Origin: Octopus sinensis
Taxonomy: Eukaryota
Direction of reading: 5' to 3'
Length of the DNA: 55,107 nt
Assembly: GCF_006345805.1 (NCBI RefSeq)
Contig: NW_021833763.1
Coordinates: 1-55,107 of the forward strand
Shown here in pieces: positions 38,003 through 48,959 of this stretch. The notes under the pieces were generated by a model that saw only the letters and a list, made by a program, of their open reading frames with translations, ran no database searches and was not told the DNA's origin. A program made the position numbers and the translations under genes. The first letter of the stretch is position 1; each line of letters starts with the position of its first letter.

Positions 38003-38235
38003 CAGTAATCCCTCGACTATCGCAGGTGTTACGCTCCCAAACTTCCCGCGATAGGTTAAAATCCGCGAAGTAGACACTACTGTACCATATATCTTTTAAT
38101 TATTCTTTATAAATTATATATAGTTATTTCATTCAAATGCAAGACAACACAACGGAGGAATCGACGTAAGCTTAAATGATAAACCGCGATAGGCGAACCG
38201 CGATACGTGAACTGCAATATGGCGAACGATTACTG
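38003..38235. mobile_element. pogo/Tigger-like MITE
   Basis: TA|CAGTAATCCCTCG ... CGAACGATTACTG|TA. Confidence 0.75.
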
Positions 38236-38634
38236 TATATGGTATTTAATATATCCTTCTCTCTCCCTCCATCCCATTCCTTTCCTCTCACACTTCTCTC
38301 TCCCCCTCTCTCTCTCAAACACTTTCTCTATCTATAGGTATGAAATTGCGTCATACGCTCACGTCGATAACTGAAGAGGAAATAGATACCGTGTGTGTCT
38401 GTTTCCTGTTCGTCTGTGCGTTTCATATCTATCTTCTTAACCTGCCATTCTGTGTTTATTTTACGTTTGTGCTTTTGCTATAGCATTTCTTTCGCTTATT
38501 AAGTAATGGAACGTAACGCAGCCTGTATTTTCATTATACATACATACATACATACATACATACATACATACATACATACATACATACATACATACATACA
38601 TAAATGCATACATACATATATACATACATATATA

Positions 38635-38835
38635 CGCCATGATAGATCGTTAGCTCCTACATGCATTTTTTTCTCTCCTTGTTTCTCTCCTTGTTTTTTT
38701 CTGTATATCTTTCTGTCGAAGAGCGTAGACTCGAAACGTAAAAGACTTTTTCTATTCCTGAGCGCTATACTAATACGTTTGTTTGTTTGTACTCCACCTG
38801 CCTTCGTCTTACGTTTATTTTCGTAAACTTTCCCT

Positions 38836-38840
<5 letters not shown>
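38635..38840 (+). mobile_element. Penelope-like unit with hammerhead at 38708-38745
   Basis: TCTTT-CTGTCGA-A-GAGC(GTAG)ACTC-GAAAC-GT-A-AAAGA. Confidence 0.65.
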
Positions 38841-38885
<45 letters not shown>

Positions 38886-38974
38886 TAGATAAACTTAGAT
38901 ATGTTTCGACCAGAGATTGGTCCAGGCCATGTCTAACTTAATAGCACCACCTGATAGGATTATTCGAATCCTGT

Positions 38975-41900
38975 TTAAGTCAAGTTTTGTTCAAGTAGTG
39001 AGTTCTTGTTGGGTGAGTTGTATCCAGTTTTGTTCAAGTAGTGAGTTCTTGTTGGGTGAGTTGTATCCATTATGGGTGGCTTGTCTGGTATTCTTTGAAG
39101 GAATCTATCCAGACTCTGTTTGAATTTGATGGGATCCTTTTCCTCTTTGATCTCCCTCGGGACAATGTTAAATAGGGCAGGGCCTGTTGAGGAAAAGAAA
39201 TTATGTTGCAGTGTACATGTATGTTGTGATCTTGAATTTGGCAGGGGACGTATAGCCCGTGGTCCAAGTCTCGGATGAACCTTGAAGCTAATGTTTAGGT
39301 CGTTTGGGCAAAGTTGGCGGTATATTTTCCACATCGTACAAATGATGTACCGCTCACGGCGACGCTGGAGGGAGTAAAGTTTCAAGGCTTTAAGGCGATC
39401 CCAATAGTCGAGAGCAGCCATGCCTTCAATTTGTTTAGTGAGAGCCCTCTGGGGTGACTCAATTCTGGAGATGTTTTGTCTTGTGTGGGAGACCACAGTG
39501 GGCAGCAGTATTCAAGGTGTGGCCGTACAAAGGATGAAAAAGTGGTATGATGACACCTTGTTCTCTGGACCGGAAAGTTCTTAAGATCCAGGAACTCATC
39601 CTACGAGCTGTATCGACCTTCTTGTTGATGTGTGCACTCCAACTGAGATCGTCATCAACAATTACACCAGGTCTCTGATATTGTTAGAGGCTGTGAGCGG
39701 TTCCCCTGAAGGAAGAGAGTATGGTTTTTTAGTGAGGAATTTCTTCCAAAATGCATCAGCTCAAATTTTCCCTCATTCAGTTGCATTTTGTTTCTGTCTG
39801 CCCATTGACTCACAGCATATAGGTCAGACTGGAGTTGAGTTCGGTCTGCTTCTTCATTGACGATTTGCTGGAGCTTAGTGTCATCAGCGAATATTTTCAC
39901 TTTGCAGTGATGTACGACACTGGAAAGGTCGTTTACATAAATTATGAAGAGTAGCGGACCCAAAACAGTTCCCTGGGGAACACCGCTGGTGACTTTTGCT
40001 GGGTTTGAGTGGACTCCATCAACTACAACATGTTGTGTTCTATTCGCTAGGAAATACTGAATCCAGTGTAGAACTTTTCCACGGATTCCAACATTTGCCA
40101 ATTTGAGAGTAGGATGTTATGGTCTACCCTGTCGAACGCTTTACTGAAGTCAAGGTATATGACGTCAGAGTTCGAACCTGTTCCCAAGGCTTTGAGTACA
40201 TCTTCAATGTGGTGTAAGAGCTGTGTTAGACAGTCCCTGCCACAGCGAAAGCCATGTTGATTTGAATTTAGGAGTTTGTGGGTCTCCAGGAAGTCAGCTA
40301 TCCTTGATCTTAACACTCTTTCAAACACTTTAATGATGTGGGAGGTGAGTGAGATTGGGCGATAGTTGACTGCGAGGGATCTGTTTCCCTGTTTGAAAAC
40401 CGGGATGACCGACTGGGATAGAAACTTTTTCGGTATATAACCTGCGTCTAACGAGTTTCTCCAGAGGTTGGTCAGAGGGACTGCAAGTTGATATCTACAT
40501 TCCTTCAGGAGACTGGCGGGAAATCTATCAGGGCCTACAGCGGAGTAATGTTTGACCTCATTTATTGCTGCTACGATGTCGGTGGCAGTGAAGGTTATGT
40601 CTGCGATTTTGTGTTGGGAGTCAGCTTCGTTCGTTTCCTTCACATCAATATCAGTGGGAACACTGAAGACAGAGCAGTATTGTTTCTGCAGTATTTCTGC
40701 CATTTCTTTAGCATCGTGTTGGGGAATGCCGTTTTCATCAATCAATGGCCCAATAGGTGAGACAGTGGTTCTATGCTTATTTGCATAAGAATAGAACACT
40801 TTTGGGTTCTGTTTGATGTTTTTGATTACCCATTGTTCCTCCACAGCTCTTTGATTTTCAATGGAGGTTTTCATGTTAGTCTGCAGATGAAGTTTTTCAT
40901 CAGCTCTAGTCTTTTCATTGTTGTTGAATGTGGATGTTGTGTGTGGGAATATTTTAATTGGTTGATTTTTTTGTTGAGTCTTTTGATGCGCCTGATGAGT
41001 GTTTTTTTCTTTTTAGGGAGCCGGTTTCTGTTTGTGTTAGTAGATTTCTTGGGAGCGTGTTTAGAGCATGTGTCGGTGACAATGGTTTCAAAGTGCTGCC
41101 ACGCGGTCTCAATATGAGGGGAATTGAGAGTAAAAGACCAGTCGATGGAAGACAGATCCTTTCTGATTGTTCCCCAGTCCGCTTTGTGGAAATTTGTTGT
41201 CAAATGGGTGCCATGGAGTGGGATTGGCTGTTTGGTTTTTATACGTCGGGAATTAAGATTGCAGAGTACCATGTCGTGGTCTGAGAGGAGAGTTTTTTCG
41301 ACTGAAATGCTGTGAACGTAGCTAGAGTGATTGGTCAGTACCAGATCCAAGATCGTTTTATTCTGTCTCGTTGGTTCAAGCACTAGCTGAGTCAGGAAAT
41401 ACTCATCCATCAGATTAAAGAGCAGTTCTGCTGCTGCCCTATCTGATGTAGAGCACTTGCCTAACTTCGGAGTATTTGTGGGCCAGTTCACATGAGGGAG
41501 GTTAAAATCACCCATCACTATTATGTTTCCGGAGTGGTACTTCCGAAGGAAGGACTTGACTTTGCTAAGGCACTCTTCAAAGTACTTTAGAGGTGCCTGG
41601 GGAGGCCTGTAAAGACCAACAATGGTTATGTCCTTGGCTTTGTTGTATACTGATACCGATTCACAGTAGCCATTGGAAAATGTGTCCTTGGCATCAAGTG
41701 AAAAGGAGTCATGGATAAAGATGGCTGTCCCTCCCTTATTTCGGTCTGTGCGATCCGCACGAACAATGGTGAAATCTTTTATTTTCACCTCTGCGTCCAT
41801 ATGGGTGTTGTTCAGGTGAGTCTCGGTAAGGATAAAGAAAGGGAAGCAATGTGCCATTTCGGCAAGCCAACTCTCTATATATGGGATCTTCCATTTTTGG

Positions 41901-41992
41901 GCAATAATTGATGGGTTGATGCCACGTACATTTAACAGGAATGTCGAGGTAAGGGAAGTTGGTAATGGGTGAGTGGTCCTTGTGATTTGCAT
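38975..41992 (-). pseudogene. CR1 ORF2 (AP endonuclease + reverse transcriptase), frameshifted
   Basis: Motifs LLNVRGI, LTETHL, GLYRPP, MGDFNLP, LDLVLTN, LSDHDMV, YRPISLTS, QHGFRCGRDC, YLDFSKAFD, GVPQGTVLGPLLF, FADDTKL, VRPHLEYC and LYSLQRRRERY. Confidence 0.93.
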
Positions 41993-42995
41993 AGATGGTT
42001 GGTGATGGCTCGCTGGATCTCCTGGCTTAGGTCGGCCTTCATATTTTCCAGGTATGTCAGTAAAAAAGAGTTACTTGTTTGGTTTGTCACTTGGTCAGAG
42101 GATACATATTTCAAGTTGGCGTTATTTGGTGTTTTTTCCTGGTTCTGTCTACGTAGTTTGATTGTAGGAGGGGAAACGTGGTTGTATTTTGTTCTTGTTG
42201 TTGTCCTAGATTTCCTCTGTTCCTGTTCATATCTATTCTGTGATCGTTTTGTGCCCTTCAGATGGTGGTTGTTGCATTCTGGGTTCAGGCACATCCTTTG
42301 TGAGACAGAAGTTTGGCACAGTTTAGGATGGAATAAGGTGCATCCATTGCCTCTTATGCATCCGTATTTAGGGTCAGAACCATAGATTCTGTATTTAGGA
42401 CAGTATTTGGGGTGGAGGTGGGGGCAATTTTTTCCTGTTATACCGTATGGACAGGTGCCCATAGCAAGTCTACGACATAAGGTCGGGTGGGGAAAAGCAC
42501 AGCGTCCATTTTTGTTTGTGCCGCTGGGGCCAAATCTACAAGTGCCTTTAGAATAGTAACGGCAGGGGTTTTTATTTGGTTGTAGTAGTGGTTTTTCTAT
42601 TTTGGCAGTAGTAGTAGTGGTGGTGGTGGTGGTGTGTTAGAAGCAGCTTGTTGATTTTGTGATGGTGGGTTCTGGCTTGCCAGTATGTGGTCAAATCTGC
42701 AGCTGCCTTGAGAGTAGTAGTGGCAGATGTTTTTACGCGGATGTAGTAGTGGTTTTCCTATTGTGGAAGTAGTGGGGAGTTGTAGCAGCATTGGAACTTG
42801 ACTAGTGGTAGTATTAGAGTGTTGTTGTTGTTGTTTTGTTGCTGTAGCGAGGTGAAACTTGACTTGGTTCATCAGGTGCTGTTGTCAATGGAAGTAGGTC
42901 AGTTGATTGTTGCTGTTGAAGTGACCACTGACCTGTTGGATTTGGTCATTTGTTGTACTGGATTCGTTGGCAAGAATGGCTTTTAGTGTAGCCAT
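41932..42995 (-). pseudogene. CR1 ORF1 with tandem CCCH zinc fingers, frameshifted near the N-terminus
   Basis: ATG at 42995. 42600 downward reads CRYYSKGTCRFGPSGTNKNGRCAFPH, CRRLAMGTCPYGITGKNCPHLH, CPKYRIYGSDPKYGCIRGNGCTLFH and CQTSVSQRMCLNPECNNHH. Confidence 0.8.
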
Positions 42996-43138
42996 GTGCG
43001 CGTGGAAAAATAGGGAATATCCTAACAATTTCTTTTAATTTATTTTCTATCTGTTTTACAGATCTGTGAAAGGATTTTTTCGTTAATTCTTACTATATAC
43101 ATACATATATATATATATATAATATATATATATATATA

Positions 43139-43180
<42 letters not shown>

Positions 43181-43184
43181 ATAG

Positions 43185-43330
43185 TAAGATTCACAAAAAA
43201 CACAAAACGAAGACGAGTGTGTAAACAACAAACAGATGTATTAATTTACCGCTCGGAAATGAGAAAGTCTACGTTACGTTTCGAGCTACGTTCGTCGACT
43301 AAAGGAACACAAAAATAAATAGGGAGAGAA
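43185..43330 (-). mobile_element. Decayed Penelope-like unit (hammerhead remnant 43261-43306)
   Basis: Minus strand GTAGCTC-GAAAC-GT-A and CATTTCCGAGCG match the 15790 and 38635 family. Confidence 0.55.
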
Positions 43331-43490
43331 TATAAAAATAGAATATATATATAGAATATATATAGAATATATATAGAATATATATAGAATATATAGAATA
43401 TATATAGAATATATATAGAATATATAGAATATATATAGAATATATAGAATATATATAGAATATATAGAATATATATAGAATATATATAAA
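43330..43490. repeat. (AGAATATATAT)n minisatellite
   Basis: Direct reading; 9-11 bp units. Confidence 0.9.
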
Positions 43491-43565
43491 ATGGCGGTGC
43501 CCCAGCATGGCCACAGCTCATTAGCTGAAACTGGAAAATCAAAAATCAAAATCAAATATTGGCTA

Positions 43566-43719
43566 TGTGGCTATGTGGTAAGTAGCTTGCTTACCAACCA
43601 CATAGTTCCAAGTTCAGTCCTACTACGTGGCACCTTGGGCAAGTGTCTTCTACTATAGCCTCGGGCCGATCGAAGCCTTGTCAGTGCATTTGGTAGACGG
43701 AAACTGAAAGAAATCCGTC

Positions 43720-43763
<44 letters not shown>

Positions 43764-43912
43764 GTGTGTTTGTATATGTTTGTGTGTCTGCGTTGTCCCC
43801 CCAACATCGCTTGACAACCCGATGCTGGTGTGCTTACGTCCTCGTAACTTAGCGGTCCGGCAAAGAGACCGATATAATAAGTACTAGGCTTACAAAGAAT
43901 AAACAGTAAAGA
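43566..43912 (+). mobile_element. SINE family A, 3' truncated
   Basis: Family A motifs. Confidence 0.85.
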
Positions 43913-43946
43913 GTATACGTGCACATATATATGCGAGAAATATGTG

Positions 43947-43990
<44 letters not shown>

Positions 43991-44025
43991 TATATATATA
44001 TAGACCTATATATATATATGTATAT

Positions 44026-44572
44026 AGGTCAGCAGCTTTAGCGGTTATAGTAACCGACTAAGGGATAAAATATCCGTATATACTATCGGTATTCATTATC
44101 TATGTTATCTCTGAGCATGGAAATGCAGGTACATTATGGCCGTAGAGTACAGGTAATAATAGAATAAACAAAAGTTTATCGGGAAACAAATATAAATAAT
44201 CAGAAAATAGAGAAAACCACAGATCAACAAGCACATCAGTTGGACCACATTTATAGCTTATTATTTAATGCAAAACATGGCATAGCATGTATGTGACATA
44301 ACGAATTGTTATGCCATCTTTTGTATTAAATAATAGGCTATAAATGTGATTGATATGCTTGATATGCTTGTTGATCTGTTGTTTTCTCCATTTTCTGATT
44401 ATTTATATTTGTTTCCTGATAAACTTTCGTTTATTCTGTTATTACTTGTACTCTACGGCCATAATGTACCTGCATCCCCATGCGCAGAGATAATATAGAT
44501 AACGAATACCGATAGTATATACGGATATTTTATCCCTTAGTCGGTTACTATAACCGCTAAAGCTGCTGACCT
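44026..44572. mobile_element. 547-bp fold-back palindromic element
   Basis: AGGTCAGCAGCTTTAGCGGTTATAGTAACCGACTAAGGGATAAAATATCCG is mirrored at 44522-44572; arms remain complementary almost to the centre. Confidence 0.85.
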
Positions 44573-44624
44573 CTCTCTCTATATATAGGTCTATATATGC
44601 ATAAATATATATATGTATATATCT

Positions 44625-45024
44625 TTTATCTTTAAACGTTTACTTGACTTAGTCATTGAACTGGGAAATATTATTGACAGGATTTTGTGAAACAGATTGC
44701 TCCGAGTATTTTATGTTTAAGTCTTGTATTTATTCTATCGGTTCCTTTTTCCGAACCACTAAGTCATAGGGACGTATACAATCCAAGCTGTTTGTCAAGC
44801 GTTGTGATGAGACAAACACACACGAACACAGGCATACACACATATACACGTACACACAGATGTATACGATATACTTCTTTCAGTTTCCGCCTATCAAATC
44901 CACTCACAAGGATTTGGTTGGCCCGAGGCTATAGCAGAAGACACTTGACCAAGATGCTACGCAGTGGGATTGACCCCAGAACCATGTAGTTGGGAAACAA
45001 GCTTCTTATCACACAGCCACTCCT
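44625..45024 (-). mobile_element. SINE family A, diverged
   Basis: Family A motifs, minus strand. Confidence 0.8.
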
Positions 45025-45052
45025 GTATAAATATACATATATGTATGTATAA

Positions 45053-45083
<31 letters not shown>

Positions 45084-45102
45084 CATACATACATACATAT
45101 AT

Positions 45103-45780
45103 AAACTTAGATAAACTTAGATATGTTTCAACCAGAGATTGGTCCAGGCCATGTCTAACTTAATAGCACCACCTGATAGGATTATTTGAATCCTGTTTAG
45201 GTCAAGTTTTGTTCAAGTAGTGAGTTCTTGTTGGGTGAGTTGTATCCAGTTCTGTTCAAGTAGTGAGTTCTTGTTGGGTGAGTTGTATCCAATTATGGGC
45301 GGCTTATCTGGTATTCTTTGAAGGAATCTATCCAGACTCTGTTTAAAGTTGATGGGATCCTTTTCCTCTTTGATCTCCCTCGGGATAATGTTAAATAGGG
45401 CAGGGCCTGTTGAGGAAAAGAAATTATGTTGCAGTGTACATGTATGTTGTGATCTTGAATTTGGCAGGGGACGTATAGCCCGTGGTCCAAGTCTTGGATG
45501 GACCTTGAAGCTAATGTTTAGGTCGTTTGGGCAAAGTTGGCGGTATATTTTCCATATCGTACAAATGATGTACCGCTCACGGCGACGCTGGAGGGTGTAA
45601 AGTTTCAAGGTTTTAAGGCGATCCCAATAATCGAGAGCAGCCATGCCTTCAATTTGTTTAGTGAGAGCCCTCTGGGGTGACTCAATTCTGGAGATGTTTT
45701 GTCTTGTGTGACGAGACCACAGTGGGCAGCAGTATTCAAGGTGTGGCCGTACAAAGGAGGAAAAAAGTGGTATGATGACA
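45103..45780 (-). mobile_element. 5'-truncated copy of the CR1-like LINE
   Basis: Near-identical to 38881-39553, including the (AAACTTAGAT)2 tail. Confidence 0.93.
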
Positions 45781-45805
45781 ATATATATATAATATATATA
45801 ATATA

Positions 45806-45843
<38 letters not shown>

Positions 45844-45910
45844 ATAGAAATGGTAAGACAACACAAGAAGGAAAGAGACCTCGATAATTTGTAAATAGAG
45901 GAATTTATCT

Positions 45911-46121
45911 GTAAATGTAATATGTGACAATTATTCGGCAGCCATGATAAAACCCCGAGTTTCGGATATCGGGGCGGAAACCCACCCCGCCATCTCTTCA
46001 GTTATCGGGCCATCGAAAGAAATGGCCCGATAAATGAAAAGATAGCGGCATGGGTTTCCACCCTGATATCCGAAACTCGGAGTTTTATCATGACTACCGA
46101 ATAATTGTCACATATCATATT

Positions 46122-46124
<3 letters not shown>
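45911..46124. mobile_element. 214-bp palindrome carrying two divergent hammerhead motifs
   Basis: 103-bp arms at 45911-46013 and 46022-46124; motifs at 45946-46006 (-) and 46029-46089 (+). Confidence 0.8.
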
Positions 46125-46187
<63 letters not shown>

Positions 46188-47187
46188 GACACAGACTATT
46201 TCGTTAAAGCTGAAAAAGATTTTCACAAGCTGTTCATCAGACAGTTGTACTAACACTGATGAGTGGTCACCTGAAACTCTGAGCAACATTTTTGAAGATT
46301 TTTTGTCTGCTTCAATAAAACAATATACTACTCTACCTTTGGTATTCGAGTACTATTGTTCCACCTTGTTTTGCTTAAGTCTGTGTATTTGGGTGTGAGT
46401 ATGTGTGTGTGTGTGTGTGTATATGTCGGGATATTTGTACAAAACTGATACAGAGTAGCCATGAAATACCCTATCTAAGTATTTCAATTTGATATCAGCA
46501 AAAATTACTTATCTCTTCACCCTGTCTTCCAACTGTTCCCTCTGCTACTTTGGCAAGTGTCACCTTATCAATAGATTCCTGTTTTATCATCACTTATCTG
46601 ACAGACCCCCACTAAATTTCTATAAAAAAAAAAACCTTTTGCAAATTGACAACTAAAATTACAACCCTTTATCCGTTTTATCACCTATTTTTTATATTTT
46701 TTGTATGTGACTTGGTACGTTGTTTTTATTTTTGATATCTTAAAACTTTTCATTCGCCAGATAAATCTCTTGAATATGTCCGCCTTCTCAATGCTTTTGC
46801 TTTCTTATATCAATGTAAAACCTTATCTGCATTCTTTAACTCCGAGCGCTGATAACCACCACTTTCAACAATGAACTCCCTATTGAAGCCAATCCCTCCT
46901 GTATTGTATTCTGTGTTGTGAATGTTTCCAGAGGCAATACTATCGCAACCGGAGGCACACCCTTCTTACTGATTAAGAAGTGTGAGAAGCTCATACATGA
47001 GTAATAGGTTAGGATGGATGTTGTTGGCTTAGTATTAATTGCGGACAGGGATAAACAAGACTTGGAAGATCGGTGTTAACATATAATAGATATATATATA
47101 ATATATTATATATATATATATATATATATTATACATACCGGAGTAAGCACATAAATGTGAAACAAGGTGGAAAAAGTGTACACAAAT

Positions 47188-47310
47188 GCCTATTTATTTA
47201 TTACCCACAAGGGGCTAAACACAGAGAAGACAAACAAGGACAGACAAATGGTTTAAGTCGATTATATCGACCCCAGTGCGTAACTGGTACTTATTTAATC
47301 GACCCCGAAT
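47188..47310 (-). mobile_element. SINE family B, 3' fragment
   Basis: Family B long-unit tail. Confidence 0.8.
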
Positions 47311-47506
47311 GTGTGTGGTTACTACCTCTTGTAGTCTAGAAACTGCGAAGAAGCCATTTGGAATTTGCATGTTGTTGGCTGGCAGATCAAATCCACCGCG
47401 GATTGAAATTATATAGTAAAATTCATCTTTTCGTAATGATTCTGACCTGGTAGTTCGTTTGAGGAAAGCAAATTTTTGAATTAAACCTTCTTATTGTAAC
47501 AAACCA

Positions 47507-47820
47507 GTGGAGGCACATGGCCTAGTGGTTAGAACCAGCGACTCGCGGGCGGTGGGATCATGGGTTCGAATCTCAGACCGGGCGATGTGTGTGTTTATGA
47601 GCGCAAAACTTAAAAGTCCACGCGGTTCCGGCAGAAGGTAATGGCGAACTTCTGCTGACTCTTTCGCCACAACTTTCTCTCACTCTTTCCTCCTGTATCT
47701 TGCAGCTCACCAGCGATGGACCGGCGTCCCCTCCTGGTGGGGAGCCTATACGCCAAGGAAACCAGGAAACAGGCCCTTATGAGCCAGGCGGGGCTCGAGA
47801 AGGAACAAACAAAAACAAAA
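47507..47820 (+). mobile_element. tRNA-derived SINE family D
   Basis: Head and body resemble family C, but the tail is GGTGGGGAGCCTATACGCCAAGGAAACC...CTCGAGAAGGAACAAAC. Confidence 0.85.
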
Positions 47821-47894
47821 CTGTAAAAACCATCAGTTGAGAGTTTTGTTTTCTTCCATTCTTCTTAACCTACAGTCACCTCTGCATATATATA

Positions 47895-48285
47895 CTCTTT
47901 TACTATTTTACTTGTTTCAGTCATTTGACAGTGGCCATGCTGGAGCACTACCTTTAGTCAAGCAAATTGACACCAGGACTTATTCTTTGTAAGCCTAGTA
48001 CTTATTCTATCGATCCTTTTGCCGTACTTTTAAGTTACGGGAACGTAAACACACCAGCATCGGTTGTCAAGTGATGTTGGGAGGACAAACACAGACACAC
48101 AAACACAAACACACCTACATATATACATATATACGACGGGCTTTTTTCAGTTTCCGTCTACCAAATCCACTCACAAGGCTCTTCTCGGCCCGAGGCTATA
48201 GGAAGAGACACTTGCTGAAGGTGCAACGCAGGGGGACCGAACCCAGAACCATGTAGTTGGTAAGCAAGCTACTTGCCACAGAGCC
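47895..48285 (-). mobile_element. SINE family A
   Basis: Family A motifs, minus strand. Confidence 0.88.
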
Positions 48286-48400
48286 ATATATATATATATT
48301 CATTACAGATATAGGGTGAAAAATAATTAATTTAATAAAATGAACAAATTTCACCTAGTAGTATTTCGGTATGGAAAAGGACCATATTCGGTAAAAATTT

Positions 48401-48647
48401 ATATAATCATAATAATGAGGGTTTTTTGCAACAAGTTGCTTAAACCACATACCGAAAATATTAGAAATAGCAGCCAAAAGACTACTATTTCCTTTTACTA
48501 CAAAAATAAGTCTCCACAGACAACAATATTTGTAACTCACATATGCCATATTTTTGTAGTAAAAGGAAATAGTAGTCTTTTGGCTGCTATTTCTAATATT
48601 TTCGGTATGTGGTTTAAGCAACTTGTTGCAAAAAACCCTTATTATTA

Positions 48648-48655
<8 letters not shown>
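48401..48655. repeat. Near-perfect inverted repeat (~107-bp arms, ~41-bp loop)
   Basis: 48401-48507 vs 48549-48655. Confidence 0.9.
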
Positions 48656-48678
<23 letters not shown>

Positions 48679-48959
48679 TTGAAAAAGGGACGAAGAAATA
48701 AACTTCTTTAACAATAAAACTCACTATCTTACCGCTGTTTCTGCTGCAGGATGCAATGCATTCGAAGCTGAGTGCCTGTGCATTACCTAGTAGTCTCCTC
48801 GAAACTTGTTAGATGAAGTGCAAGTTCATTCGGTGAAATCATTTTCATATATCGAAAATAAAAAAATATAATATATAATATAATGTAATATAATATAAAT
48901 TGGACATGGGCGATCATTGTATTCATTCTTGTCTTGAGTTTCACAGCCAAACAGCTGGG

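Larger units (their letters stand above)
38881..43093 (-). mobile_element. CR1-like LINE, apparently full length
   Basis: ORF1 plus APE-RT ORF2; 3' tail (ATCTAAGTTT)2; TA repeats on both sides. Confidence 0.92.

Noticed and set aside
38368-38415. CTGAAGA followed by a 12-bp hairpin
   Set aside because: GAAA and the cleavage arm are absent; probably a decayed unit, so it was not counted.
46195-46290. Two divergent CTGATGA cores 15 bp apart
   Set aside because: Neither completes stems I and III convincingly.
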